Of a stretch of 64,000 nucleotides of DNA, positions 1 through 13,269 are shown in pieces; the first letter of the stretch is position 1; each line of letters opens with the position of its first letter. The stretch is from NCBI RefSeq assembly GCF_009914755.1, contig NC_060932.1. One strand, written 5' to 3'. The translations under genes and the position numbers were made by a program. Below the pieces are notes generated by a model. The model saw nothing but the letters and a program-made list of their open reading frames with translations, was not told the DNA's origin and ran no database searches. The stretch comes from the human T2T-CHM13v2.0 reference genome, Homo sapiens.

Positions 1-43
1 CCCCGATGAGTGGTGAGTAATCTGTGTAAGGTCTGGGTTAACT

Positions 44-1085
44 GTGGGTCATGTGTAATCTAACAAACTCCTGTTAAAACCGGTAACCATGAAAAATATG
101 ATCACTCTATTCAGGGCAGTAGAAAAATACTGTTCTTGGTTTCCTGAAAAAGGAACGGTGTATATAAAATTGTGTGATTGTGTCCGTAAGACATTCCGAA
201 AACTGATCTCGGCCGGGTATTATGTGCCCATCACTGTTTGGGGTGCTTGGTGCGTGACATCTTCGTGGCTTGCCAATCTCGTGACCCCCTGCAGTTGCCG
301 CAGTTTTCTGCCTTTTCCTCAGTTTCTCTGCCTTTTTCTCAACCTTCCTCTCCCACATGGCCTTCGTTCAGACTCTCCCTTCAGCTACTCCTCCCCTCCC
401 TAACGATTCTGAAAATTCGATTTCTAACTCTGGTAACTTTGGCTTAAAGTTACCCCCTACTTTTCTTACTTCTTCCCACGAAAAGCCGGTACTTCAAACT
501 CCTGCGGCTGTGACTCAAAAAGCCCGGTACCATAAATATGCTAATTCTTCTCTCTTCAAACCTCCAGCATCAAATAATGGCTCTGGGACCAAACTACAAT
601 TTACCTGTCATTCTCCAGGCCCTCCCCCATCCACTACAGCCCCTCACCCTCCTGTCGTTTCAGTTCCTCAGCCAGTCTGCATCGATAGGCGCCGCTCAAT
701 CTTACCTTTTTAAAAACAATTTAAGGATGCTTGTACTCAGTATGGTCCTACTTTTCCTTATGTTCAAATGGTATTGCAAACTTTTTATACTGAGGTCGTT
801 TTGCTTCCTTTAGACTGTGATCTTTTGGCAAAAAGCTGTTCTAAGTCCATCTCAGCCTGGTGGTAGGAGGAGGCCTGTTTACAGGCTCAGCTAAATCGGA
901 GTAATGGCATTCTAATTACTCAGGCTCAGCTCACAGGCTCCGATAGTTTCTCTGATGCTTATGCCCAATTAAACTTTGATACTCTTACCACAGAACAAGT
1001 AACAAAAGTGTGTATGAGAGCTTGGGATAAACTACACTCCCCAGCCCAAGCTCCTGTTTCTTTTACTACTCTTCAACAAGCTCAA
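44..1085 (+). pseudogene. gag: HML-8 gag remnants (MA and part of CA), deleted and frameshifted
   Basis: MA-like LFRAVEKYCSWFPEKGT; CA-like KQFKDACTQYGPTFPY and ITQAQLTG segments; boundaries approximate. Confidence 0.8.
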
Positions 1086-1129
1086 TTGCTTTTACTACCT
1101 AATATCCTTTTAAACAAAGGAGATAAGAC

Positions 1130-2665
1130 AAGTGGCCCTGGGATTCAGCAGGGGCCGCTTTCTAAAGAAAAACTGGAGGCTTTAAATCAATTGGTTTCTG
1201 AGCAGTTACAACTTGGAAATGTGGAACCTTCTCTTTCCCCTTGGAATTCTCCTGTTTCTAGTAAAAAAGAAATCAGGCAAATGGCGGATAGTAACCGATT
1301 TAAGGGCCATTAATGCTGTAATTAAACCTATGGGGGCCGTCCAACCCGGCATGCCTGCCCCTGCTTTAATACCTAAAGATTGGCCTCTCATAGTTATTGA
1401 TCTTAAAGAGTTTTTTTTTTTTCATATCGCTTTACATAAATCGGATTGTGAAAAATTTGCTTTTACTCTACCATCTATCAATAATCAGGAGCCTGTAGCT
1501 CGTTATCAATGGAAAGTACTTCCTCAGGGAATGCTAAATAGCCCTACAATCTGCCAGCTTTATGTTGGACAAGTGCTTTCACCAGTTTGAGCCCGATTTC
1601 CCGAGGCCTATATTCTTCATTATATTGATGATATTTTAATTTCTGCCCCCACTGATAAAAAATTAATTGACTGTTACCAAATTTTGAACCGCTGTGTTAC
1701 AGAGGCTGGATTACGCATTGCTCAGGATAAAATTCAACAGACCACTCCTGTTCAATATTTAGGAATGGTGGTCGATAAACAATGTATTCAACCTCAAAAA
1801 GTTCAAATTAGGAGAGATTCTTTAAAAACTTTAAATGACTTCCAAAAACTTTTGGGTAACATTAATTATTTAAGACCTACTTTAGGCATTCCGACCTATA
1901 CCCTGTCTAACTTGTTCTCTATGCTGCGGGGAGATTCTGATCTCCGCAGCCCTAGGACTTTGACCCCTGAGGCTTTACTGGATCTGGAATTTGTAGAGGA
2001 AAAAATCCAGACTGCCCAGTTATCTAGAGTACAGACATTTCAGCCTTTTCAGCTTCTGGTTTTTGCTTCATTACACTCTCCTACTGGACTAATAGTTCAA
2101 CATAATGATTTAGTGGAATGGTGTTTTCTTCCTCATTCTGTGTCAAAAACTTTATCTAGACCAAATAGCCATACTAATTGGACAGGTTCGGTGCAGAATA
2201 CTTCAATTTTCTGGATTTGATCCAAGTGTAATTGTAGTTCCTTTAAATCAGCTCGAAGTTCAAGCTGCCTTTCAACATTCTGTACTGTGGCAAATTCACT
2301 TGGCTGATTTTATTGGTGTTATTGACGATCATTATCCAAAAAAACAAATTGTTTGATTTTATAAAAATAACGTCTTGGGTGGTTCCTCGATTAACCAAAA
2401 ATCAACCCATTCCTGAGGCCGTTACAGTATTCACTGATGGCTCTGGTAATGGCAATGCTGGCTATACAGGTCCTGCAGACAAACTTCTTTCTACCTCTTA
2501 TACTTCTCTTCAAAATGCGGAGTTAATTGCTGTGATTACTGCCTTACAGGATTTCCCCAAACCTTTAAATATTGTCTCTTATTCTACTTAACGTGGGGAA
2601 GAGGATATGCTTGTGTTTCACCAGGAGATCATCAATCCCCTGTCTGGGTGCCCACCAGAAGACTC
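1130..2665 (+). pseudogene. pol: HML-8 pol remnant: RT, RNase H and integrase C-terminus, with most of IN deleted
   Basis: [32 protein letters not shown] (1621-1632), VFTDGSGNG, then a jump to [10 protein letters not shown]. Confidence 0.92.
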
Positions 2666-2699
2666 AAGCTTCTTGTGAATACTGACAATCAAAACCACA

Positions 2700-4804
2700 G
2701 TGAAGAGACGTCTGTGTCAGAGACTGCCTTCAGATGTGGTGAGATCTGTGCCGACTCCTCAGAAACAGGCACACCAAATCACAATGGGTGTAAATCAATC
2801 CTCCCTGATGACAGTGGAGACCCATCTAACTAATCACACTTATCCTGATTACCTTTCTTTTTCTCCTTACAAACCTAAATATCTCACCATTTCTATTAGC
2901 CTGAAAATAACATCCCACTCTTCTTCTCTTTCTCCTTCAGCACTCCATCTCGCTTACACTAGGTTTTATTTAATGATTCTCCTCCTTATACTTTCTGTCT
3001 CACCAGTTTCCTCTCACACTGATTTACCTGCTACACATAATTATTCTTCTTGGGCTTAGGTGTCTTTTCCTCCACTTATTCGCTCTCTCACCCGGATAGA
3101 TGCTCCCGCAGAAATCTACACTAACGATAGTGTGTGGATGCCTGGAGCCATAGACGACCCTTGCCCCGCACAACCAGGAGAAGAAGGCACTGCATTTAAT
3201 GTTACCATGGGTTATAAATACCCACCTCTGTGCCTCGGACATGCACCTGGTTGCATCCATCTAGAAACTCAGTTCTGGGCTGCTTATCTTTCAGAAACAT
3301 CAGCTACAGATAAAATGGGACATTTGGCCTCTGGCCTCTCCCTTTCTCCTTTACAACAAATGAAAGGAGGAGTAATGGGAGGTACCCCATACTTTCAATA
3401 TAAACCTGCAGGAAAACCATGCCCTAAACATTTTGAGGGACCATCTAAAACTTTAATTTGGGAAGATTGTGTTAACTCACATGCAGTAATATTAAAAAAT
3501 GACTCATATGGTTTAGTAATAGACTGGGCACCATAGGGCTATTTAAAAAACAATTGCTCCTCTGTGGAAGGGAATGCCTGGAGGCTACTTATTTTATTTC
3601 TTATCAGGAGAAAGAGAATCATCATTCAAGGATCAGCTCATTCTTTCCCTTAAAATGGGAAGATAAAGGCATTACCCCCGCCCCCCCCCAGGCATCCTAT
3701 GATACTCCCTATTCTGAGCCCAGAACACCCAGAACTTTGGAAATTGGCTATTGCCATGGCTGGACTGCGAGTATGGGAAGGAAAAACTATTTTGACTGTT
3801 GTTCCCACTACCGTCCCACTCTCTCAGTATCAACGTAGACCCAGATATTCTGCTTTACTTACCTCCAACCTGACTGTTCCCATACAGAGTTGTGTTAAGC
3901 CTCCTTACATGATATTGGTAGGAAATATCAAAATTTGGATGAATAATCAAATTGTCCAATGCGTCAGTTGTCATCTATACACTTGTATTAACTCCCACTT
4001 TGACTCCAGGAAAAGTGTAATGTTGGTTCGAGCTCGAGAAGGAATCTGGATTCCGATAACTTTACCTAGACCTTGGGAATCCTCCCCCTCAATACATTTA
4101 ATTAATGAAGTGGTACAACGAATTCTAAAAGAACCTAAGATATTTGTTTTCACTTTAATCGCTGTTATCATGGGCCTAATTACAGTCACTGCAATGGCCA
4201 CCACTGCTGGAATGGCATTACACCAGTCTATTCAAACGGCTCATTTTGTTAATGATTGGCAAGCCAATTCCACCCAAATGTGGAATTCTCAACAAGGCAT
4301 CGATCAAAAATTGGCAAATCAAATTAATGATTTAAGACAGTCTGTTATTTGGCTTGGAGATCGGGTAGTGAGTCTAGAACATCGCATGCAAATGCAGTGC
4401 GATTGGAATACTTTGGATTTCTGCATCACCCCTATTCCTACAACGAGACTGATCATTCATGGGAAATGGTCAAAGGACATCTTCTAGGTAGAAAATATAA
4501 TTTATCATTGAAAACAACTAAATTAAAAAAAAAAACAAATTTTTGAAGCCTCCCAAGCTCACTTATCCATCGTGCCTGGAGCTCAGGCGTTAGATCAGGT
4601 GGCAGAAAATCTTTATGGATTAAACCCCAGAACTTGGATTAAGTCTATTGGGGGCTCCACTGTAGTAAATTCTGGAATTATGTTTCTCTGCTTCATCGGC
4701 TTGCTTTTAGTGTGCCGTACTAGTCAAATAATCCTGTGTCAAAATCGAGAGAATGAACAAGCCTTCATCGCCATGGCACATTTATATAAAAAGAAAGGGA
4801 GAGA
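2700..4804 (+). pseudogene. env: HML-8 env (SU+TM), disrupted by stops and frameshifts
   Basis: HERV-K Env motifs [43 protein letters not shown], fusion peptide [40 protein letters not shown]; furin site degraded (EPKI). Confidence 0.92.
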
Positions 4805-5870
4805 TGTTGCGGGAAGTCGGGACCCCAAACAGAGGGACCGGCTGAAGCCATGACAGAAGAACGTGGATTATGAAGATTTTATGGACATTTATTAGTTCCC
4901 CAAATTAATACTTTTGTAATTTTTTATGCCTGTCTTTACTGCAATCTCTAAACATAAATTGTGAAGATTTCATGGACACTTATCACTTCCCCAATCAATA
5001 CCCTTGTGATTTCCTATGCCTGTCATTACTTTAATCTCTTAATCCTGTCAGTCGAGAAGGATGTATATCGTCTCAGGACCTGTAATAATTGCGTTAAGTA
5101 CATAAATTGTACATCATGTGTGTTTGAGCAATATGAAATGTGGGCACCCTGAAAAAAGAACAGGATAACAGCAATTGTTCAGGGAATTAGAGAGATAACC
5201 TTAAACTCTGACCGCTGGTGAGCCAGGCAGAACAGAACCATATTTCTCTTCTTTCAAAAGCAAATGGGAGAAATATCATTGAATTCCTTTTCTCAGCATG
5301 GAACGTCCCTGAGAAAGAGAATGCGCACCTAGGGGTAGGTCTCTGAACTGGCCCCCCGGGGCGTACCTGTCTCTTATGGTCGAGATTGCAGAGGTGAAAT
5401 AAACTCCAGTCTCCCACAGCACTCCCAGGCTTATTAGGAAGAGAAAATTCCCGCCTAATAAACTTTGGTCAGACGGGTTGATCTCAAAACCCTGTCTCCT
5501 CATAAGATGTTATCAATGACAATGGTGCCAAAACTTTATTAGCAATTTTAATTTCACTTCCATCCTGTGGTCCTGTGATCTCACCCTGTCTCCACTTGCC
5601 TTGTGATATTCTATTACCCTGTGAAGTACTTGATGTCTGTCACCCACTCCTATTCATATACTCTCTCCCCTTTTGAAACTCCCTAATGAAAACTTGCTGG
5701 TTTTTGTGGCTTGTGGGGCATCACGGATCCTACCAATGTGTGTTGTCTCCCCCGGATACCCAACTTTAAAATTTCTCTCTTTTGTACTCTGTCCTTTTAT
5801 TTCTCAAGCCAGTCGACGCTTAGGAAAATAGAAAAGAACCTACCTGATTATCAGGGCAGGTCCCCCGATA
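4805..5870 (+). repeat. MER11 (HML-8) 3' LTR, about 1.07 kb
   Basis: Runs TGTTGCGGGAAGTC...GCAGGTCCCCCGATA and follows the PPT; nearly identical to 52952-54022. Confidence 0.93.
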
Positions 5871-5982
5871 GTGTTGGGTGGTGGTAATGCAATGATGAAG
5901 ATGGCAGGCATGCCTCTGCCCTCCAGGAGTTTCTAGGATACAGAGGGGGACAAACAAAAAATAAGTAAATCTATGAAAGAAG

Positions 5983-6644
5983 TATAGGTGGAACCTGCCC
6001 CCAATATTTCAATGTAGGTTCTTTCTGTTTTCCATAAGTGTCAGCCAGCTGAGAAACAAAGAGAGACACTACAAAGAGGAATTTTACAGCTGGGCTGCTG
6101 CGGGTGACATTACACATCAGTAGGACCGTGATGCCCCCTGAGTCTCAGATGAGCAAGTTTTTATTAAGGGCTTCAAAAAATGCATTCCTTTCCCAGGGTA
6201 TTACTATTAATATTCCTTGCTAGGAAAAGAATTTAGCGATCTCTCTCCTACTTGCACATCCGTTTATAGACTCTCTGCAAGAAGAAACATATGGCTCTTT
6301 TTGCCCAACCCTGCAGGCAGGCAGACCTTATGGTTGTCTTCCTTTGTTCCCTAAAAATTGCCGTTATTCTCTTCTTTTTCAAGGTGCACTGATTTCATAT
6401 TGTTGAAACACACATGTTTTACAATCAATTTGTACAGTTAACACAATTATCACAGTGGTCCTGAGGTGATGTACATCCTTAGCTTATGAATATAACAGAA
6501 TTAAGAGATTAAAGACAGGCATAAGAAATTATAAAAGTATTATTTGGGAACTGATAAATGTCCATGAAATCTTCACCATTTATGTTCCTCTGCCATGGCT
6601 CCAGCCAGTCCCTCTCCATTTGGGGTCCCTGACTTCCCACAACA
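5983..6644 (-). repeat. MER11-family solo LTR, internally shortened (about 660 bp), antisense
   Basis: Reverse complements of the MER11 termini: TATAGGTGGAACCTGCCC at 5983 and GACTTCCCACAACA ending at 6644. Confidence 0.88.
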
Positions 6645-7325
6645 AGAAACAATAAGAGGTTAAGGTGGAGAAGAGCAGGTAAGTCCACTTTATAAAGGGG
6701 TCAGGGAAGAGCTGTCTGTGGAAGCACCATTTTAGCTGACACCTGAAGGATGGTCTAATTTGGGGAGGTGCAGGGAAAATCATTCCAGGCTGAAGCAGCA
6801 AGTGCAAAGGCCGTGTTGTGGAAAAAGGTTTGAAAGTCCAAGAAAACAAAAGGAGGCCATAGTGGCTGAAATAGAGTAGGCCAAGGGCAGGAGATAGGAG
6901 AGGGCTGCAGAGGTGGCAGGAACAAGCAGAAGACTCGGGGTCTCGATTTTATTCTATGTACCATGAGCAGGAAAGGCAGGGATGAGACTCAATGGAAGCC
7001 TTAAGATCACTGAAGCTGCCAGGTAGGAAATGGATTGCTGAGCATGGAGAGCAGGTGCAGAGTACCAGTTAAGACCAGTTAGGAGGCTGCTGTAGCCCAG
7101 CTGAGATAGTGGTGTCCTAGGCAAAGATAATGACAGTGAAGCTACAGAGAGTGGACAAGTTGGATAAAGTTTAGAATCACAGGACTTGCTGACTGGAGAA
7201 GAGGGCAAAAGAAGAGTTAGCACAACACATGAGTTATGACCACCTTGAGCAGCTCAGCAGGGGGTGGTGCCATTTACAGAACAGAGATGGCATGGACAGA
7301 GCCCATGGAGAAGGAGGAGGAAAAA
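6645..7325. repeat. Old LINE-2 fragment (continues at 5871-5982) that hosts the MER11 insertions
   Basis: L2-like motifs GCCTCTGCCCTCCAGGAG, GGTCAGGGAAG, AGCTGACACCTGAAGGATG, AGCAAGTGCAAAGGCC. Confidence 0.6.
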
Positions 7326-7342
7326 GAGAGTTTGGCTTTGGT

Positions 7343-7656
7343 ATTTTTTTTTTTTAAGACAGGGTCTCTGGCTGTGTCACCCAGGCTGGAGTGCATTGGT
7401 GCAATCATAACTCTTTGCAGCCTCAAACTCCTGGGCTCAAGTGATCCTCCTGCCTCAGCGTGCCATGTAGCAGGACTACAGATCCTACAGATGCACATCA
7501 CCATGCCTAGCTTTTTTTTTTTTTTTTTTTTTTTTTGTAGATAGGGAGTCTCACTCTGTTTTCCAGGCTGGCTTCCAACTCCTGGCCTCAAGTAATCCTC
7601 CCACCTCTGCCTCCCATAGCACTGGGATTACAGCCATCACCTACCACTCCAAGCCA
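7343..7656 (-). repeat. Alu (J-like)
   Basis: Alu consensus on minus strand; flanking repeat GAGTTTGGCTTTGG on both sides. Confidence 0.9.
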
Positions 7657-8693
7657 TGAGTTTGGCTTTGGATGTAACAAAGTTGAGGTGTTCATGAGTT
7701 GACAAGTGGAAAAAACAAGAAAGAAGTTGAGTGTTAAAACTGCTGTTTGAAGGAGAATTCTAGCCTCAAGACAAAAGTTCAGGACTCATTAGCTGAGAAA
7801 TGGCACTGAAAATTATGTAAATGGATGAGCTCAGCTAGCAAACAAGTCCAGAGAGAGCAGCACTGGGCTATACATCTGGCCTAATGCTGCCCTGCTCCTC
7901 CCAATCCCTGTGTTATGCTGGAGAGGGTTCAGCCTCTGGTGAGTTTCACCAAACCCCCACATCTCTTTCTTCTGAGACCTTCTCTAAAATCCCCTCTTTT
8001 ATACTTAGTGAAATGGGATTCTCTTTTTCCCATCCAGCTTAAGCACAAACTTTTGACTATGAGAAGAATGAGGATGCATTTAGTATCTGTTCTGCATGGC
8101 TAATTCCATCAAAGATTTCTCATTATTCATGCCTGGCAGTCTCATTTTCTTCTTTTGCCTCTAAGAGCACAGTCGTAGCCATAATTACTGACATTTTCAC
8201 TCTTCTAATACCAGCGATTTCCCCCATCTCAGTTCTCAGGAAGTTCTGTTCACAGAATTATCTCCTGAATCCTCACCTGGAGATAGAAATTGTTCTCTGT
8301 GGCCATTTCTTCCCCCTCTAATTCTTATCAAAAAACTCAGTGATCTCTGTGCATCAGATATTAAACTCAAGCTCAACAGATCATGATTCTGGCTTGTCTC
8401 TCTCTCCTGCCTGTGGGTTAACAGGTATGCAACCTTTGCAGAGGAGACACCAAATTCTCAGGAGGCCAGAGTTTCCAAAGGTACTGGTCACTCTTGCTCT
8501 CTTTCTCCTGCTCAGAATTCAGCACTAGAGAGTGTTACACCATTGCACCTGCAGAGGAGTTCATCTGACTCTAGGGACTACAGAGGAGAGAGATGGACAA
8601 ACTAACAGGCATTCAGAAAATGACTACCACAATGGGGAAGAAAATGAAAGTCAAACCAAATAAGCAATGGTCAACAAAAAAAAAAAATCTAGA

Positions 8694-9298
<605 letters not shown>

Positions 9299-9299
9299 C

Positions 9300-9648
9300 T
9301 GGATTTGGCTGTTCTCATGGTATAAAGAAATACCTGAGACTGGGTAATATATAAAGAAAAGAGGTTTAATTGGCTCGCAGTTTTGTAGGCTATACAGGGA
9401 GCATGACACTGACATCTGCTGAGCTTCTGTGGAGGCCTCAGGAAACTTACAATGATGGCAGAAAGTGAAGCGGGAGCAAGAGAGTAAGGAGGGAGGTGCG
9501 ACACACTCGTAAACAACCCGATCTTGCAAGAACTCACTCACTATTGCAAGGACAGGACCAAAAGGATGATGCAAAATCATTCATGAGAAATCCACCCCCA
9601 TGATTCAATCTCTTCCCACCAGGCCCCACCTCTAACACTGGGGACAGC
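9300..9648. repeat. MaLR LTR (MST/THE1 type), truncated at its junction with LTR6
   Basis: ATAAAGAAATACCTGAGACTGGGTAAT...GGAGGCCTCAGGAAACTTACAAT...GAACTCACTCACTAT...CCCACCAGGCCCCACCTC. Confidence 0.85.
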
Positions 9649-9652
9649 TTTT

Positions 9653-10092
9653 ATCTTGGCTTTTTCACTGGCAGCCCCTTCCTCAAGGACTTAACTTGTG
9701 TAAGCTGACTCTTAGCAGATCTAAGAATGCAATTAACTGATAAGATACTGTGGGGCGAGCAATATCCACAGTTCCCAGGAATTTGTCCGATTGATAATGC
9801 CTAAAGCCCCACGTCTATCACTTTGTAATAGTCTTAAAGCCCTTAGACCTAGAACTCTTTACTTTCCTGTATCAATTTATCCTTTTAACTTTTTTGCCTA
9901 CTTTACTTCTGTAAAATTCTTTTAACTAGACCTGTTTCCCCTTTCTAAACTGAAGTATAAAAGAAAATCTAGCCCCTTCTTCGGGGCCAAGAAAACGTTA
10001 AGAGTTAGCCATTTCTTAGGCACCAGCTAAATAAGGAGACTCTTAATTCATGTGAAAGTGTGGCATTTTCTCCAACTCATTCAAGTACAACA
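9653..10092 (+). repeat. LTR6-type 5' LTR, missing its first about 119 bp
   Basis: Aligns with 16529-16961; ends TACAACA. Confidence 0.88.
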
Positions 10093-10094
10093 TT

Positions 10095-10112
10095 TGGAGG
10101 CCCCAGCGAGAA
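10095..10112 (+). promoter_or_regulatory. Primer binding site, tRNA-Thr
   Basis: TGGAGGCCCCAGCGAGA, 2 nt after the LTR end, complementary to the 3' end of tRNA-Thr. Confidence 0.85.
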
Positions 10113-11899
10113 ACGCCATGAGGAGAGAGCCGGGCTCCCCCGGAAGGACGGCCGGCTTGTGGGGGGTGCCACCTAAAAAAAAACCTTCAGGTCCTCGAAA
10201 AGTGACCGTCTTCCAGAGGAGAGCGGATCGACTACCCGGTGGGTGCCCATAAAAATTCCACCTCTGAGTCCTCGACTTCTGACCCTGAGGTCACGTAGGT
10301 CAGATTTGACTTCAGTTCTAGGAAGAGGGAAGCGGCCCTGATGAGGGTGTCCCTCTTTCGACTCTGCATGTTTCTCTAGGACGCTAGAAGGTAGAGCCCT
10401 GGTTTTCTGTTAGGCACCTCTGTGTCTCTTTCTAGGAGGGAAGTGGCCCTGACAGGGGCCCTCCCTTGACTCAGTCCACATCCCAGGATGCTGGAGGACT
10501 GAGTCCTGGTTTCCGGCAGACCGGTCACTCTCTCTCTCTCTGTTTCTATCTCTCATCTTTCTCTTGTTCAAGTTTCTTGAAGAATCTCCAAGAAAGAAAA
10601 AAAAAAAACTGTTATATACTCTGTGTGAATAATGAATGAGTGAGGGAGGACAAGGGCTCGCGCTTGTCCTCCAGTTTGTAGCTCCACGGCGAAAGCTACG
10701 GAGTTCAAGTAGGCCCTCACCTCACCTGCGGTTCTGTGGCGACCCCATAAGGCTTAAGGCAGCATCAGGCATAGCTTGATCTGAGCCGGAAGTTTATACC
10801 GGCCTGCCAATGCTAAGAGGAGCCCAAGTCCCCTCAGGGGGAGGGGCCAGGCAGTTATCTGACTGATCCCATCACAGGAAACCCTCCCCTTGTCTGTCTA
10901 AAAAAAAAAAAAAAAAAAAAAAGGAAGAAACTGTCGTAACTGTTTACATGCACTAAAGTCAATTGTTTGTTTTATATTGATTGTTCTGCTCAGTGTCTAT
11001 TGTCTTGTTAGTAGTTGTCAGAGTTTTGCATGTCAAGACGTTGATATTGCCAAGACGTCTAAGTAAAAACTTCTTCAAAGCCCTTAGTGCTGATTTTTTG
11101 TCACAGGAGGTTAAATTTCTCATCAATCTTTTAGGCTGGCGACCACAGTCCTGTCTTTTCTGCCAGAAGCAAGTCAAGTGTTGTTACAAGAACAAGTGTG
11201 AAAAACATTTGCCTGATTAAGATTTCTAGCACCATGAAAGTTGTAAGTATTTAGATCGTCATACTCCACGTCCAGGTGATTAGACCTCCTCTAAACTAAA
11301 CCAGTAGTGAGTTCAAAACAGCCACCCTGCAAATTTCCTTGCTCACCTCTCTCGTCATTCTGTAACTTTTCCTGTGCCCTTAAGTAGAACACTGTGTAAA
11401 GAAATGTACGCCCGTACTGCTTTACTTCATTTAGATTCTTACTCTGTTCCTCTGTGGCTACTGTCCCATCTTAAAAATGATCCGAGTAGTCCTTTCCTGC
11501 CTTGTCCCTGCCCCCTATCCCGCACATCTCGTTTTACGGTGCGACAGCAAGTTTACCATCTCCAGGACTTGGCTCTGCTCTCACTCCTTAAACCCTTAAA
11601 AGAAAAAGCTAAGTTTAAGCTATTTGCATTTAAGTCATAAAGACACCAAAAATATTTAAAGTGCAGATCTAGAAGAAGAAGAAGAACGCCTAAATCAAAC
11701 TGACCCAGAAGATCTCAGGCTGGCTCTAGTCCTCCTCCCTCAATCTTAAAGCTACAGCAATGTAGCAAGTAGTATTAGCTGTTGTAAGTTTTTCTGCTCT
11801 CTCTGGTCATACTGATTCTGTTCTTTCACTATGCCAGTCCCCCAAGAAATAAGTTTCTCTGTCCATGCTAAGTTTAATATCTATGCTCAAATCTTATTA

Positions 11900-13255
11900 A
11901 ATTGCCTTCAAAAAAAATAAAAATAAGAAACACTTCCTCCCAGCCTTGTAAAGTTAAAGCCCTCTCCAATGTATGCTGCAGAATTTTTCTCTCAGTTCAG
12001 AGGATTATAAAGTCCGCCTAAAAAAGGCAAGCTCCAGACACTCTGCAAAATAAAATGGCCAAAGTTTAAAGTCAAGTGGCCCCCTGAAGGGTCATTGAAC
12101 CTCACAATTGTTCAAGCTGTGTGGCAGGTTGTTACTGAAACTCCTAGTCACCCTGATCAGTTTCCCTACATTAGCTACGTTTAGTCAGGATCCACTCTCC
12201 ATGGCTCCGTTCATGCGCCATTCATAATTCTACCTCCAAGGTCCTCCTAAGCCAGACCGCGTTTTCGCCTCAACCCTCAGTCGGTTCAGCTTCCCCTGTA
12301 CTGCCTCCCTCTGAAGAAGAGGAGAGTCCCCCTCACCCAATCCCACCGCCTTACAACCAACCTTCTCCCTTAAAGTTATCCCATGTCTCCTCGACGACGT
12401 CCCCTGTAGGCTCGCCACCCATTGCCTCTCAGTCATGACCGTGGCAGGAAGAAGTAGTCCCTCTACTACCACTGAGAGAGGCACAAGTCCCTCCAGGTGA
12501 CGAGCGCTCAGCACCCTTCTTAGTTTGTGTCCCTTTTTCTACTTCTGACTTATATAATTAGAAAACCCATAATCCTCCCTTCTCTGAAAAGCCCCAGGCT
12601 TTGACCTCTCTGACAGAGTCTGTACTCCGGACCCGCCCGCCCACCTAAGATGATTGCCAACAGCTCCTTTTAACCCTTTTCACCTCTGAAAAGAAGGAAC
12701 GTATCCAAAAAGAAGCCAAAAAGTACTTCCTCACATCAGCCAACGGACCGGAAGAAGAAGCTAGAGACCTCCTTGAGGATGTCTTTCCCTCTACCCAGCC
12801 TAACCAGGACCCACATTCCTCAAGTAGAAAGGGAGCTTTAGACGATTTTCACCGGTATCTCCTCGCAAGTATTAAAAGAGCCTCTCAGAAACCCATCAAC
12901 TTGTCTAAGACGACCGACGTTGTCCAAAAGCCCGATAAGTCACCAAGAACGTTTTAGAGCGCCTCCAGGAGGCTTATCGGATTTACACCCCTTTTGACCC
13001 GGCAGCTCCCGAAAATAGCCTTGCTCTTAATTTACAATTTGTGGCTCAGGCAGCCCAGGATATTAAAAAGAAACTCCAAAAACTAAAAAGATTTTCTAGA
13101 ATAAATATCAGTCAGCTTTTAGAAATAGCCCAAAAAGTTTTTGATAATCAAAAGCTTAAAAAACAAAAGCAACACAGGCAACTGGGAAGGCCGCTGATAA
13201 AGCATTCAGAAGACAAACAAAAATCTTAGTGGCAGCTATCCAAGAAGTACAGAAT
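11900..13255 (+). pseudogene. gag: HERV-T gag remnant (MA, PPPY late domain, CA)
   Basis: WPPEGSL, HPDQFPYI, PPPY (CCACCGCCTTAC near 12344), PFSTSDLYN*K, RLQEAYRIYTPFDP, DIKKKLQKL. Confidence 0.82.
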
Positions 13256-13269
13256 GAAGTAGCCCGTTA

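Larger units (their letters stand above)
1..5870 (+). mobile_element. Defective betaretrovirus-like HERV-K(HML-8 / HERVK11) provirus; 5' LTR and PBS lie upstream of the window
   Basis: Collinear gag, RT, RNase H, IN C-terminal and env remnants, then a purine tract (4788-4804) and a MER11-type LTR starting TGTTGCGGGAAGTC at 4805. Confidence 0.93.

Noticed and set aside
3699-4487. Domesticated (syncytin-like) env in HML-8
   Set aside because: env is fragmented by stops and frameshifts, the furin site is lost and TM is frameshifted before the membrane anchor
5977-6650. TSD for the antisense MER11
   Set aside because: Flanks AAGAAG and AGAAAC are only loosely similar and low-complexity, so no TSD is claimed
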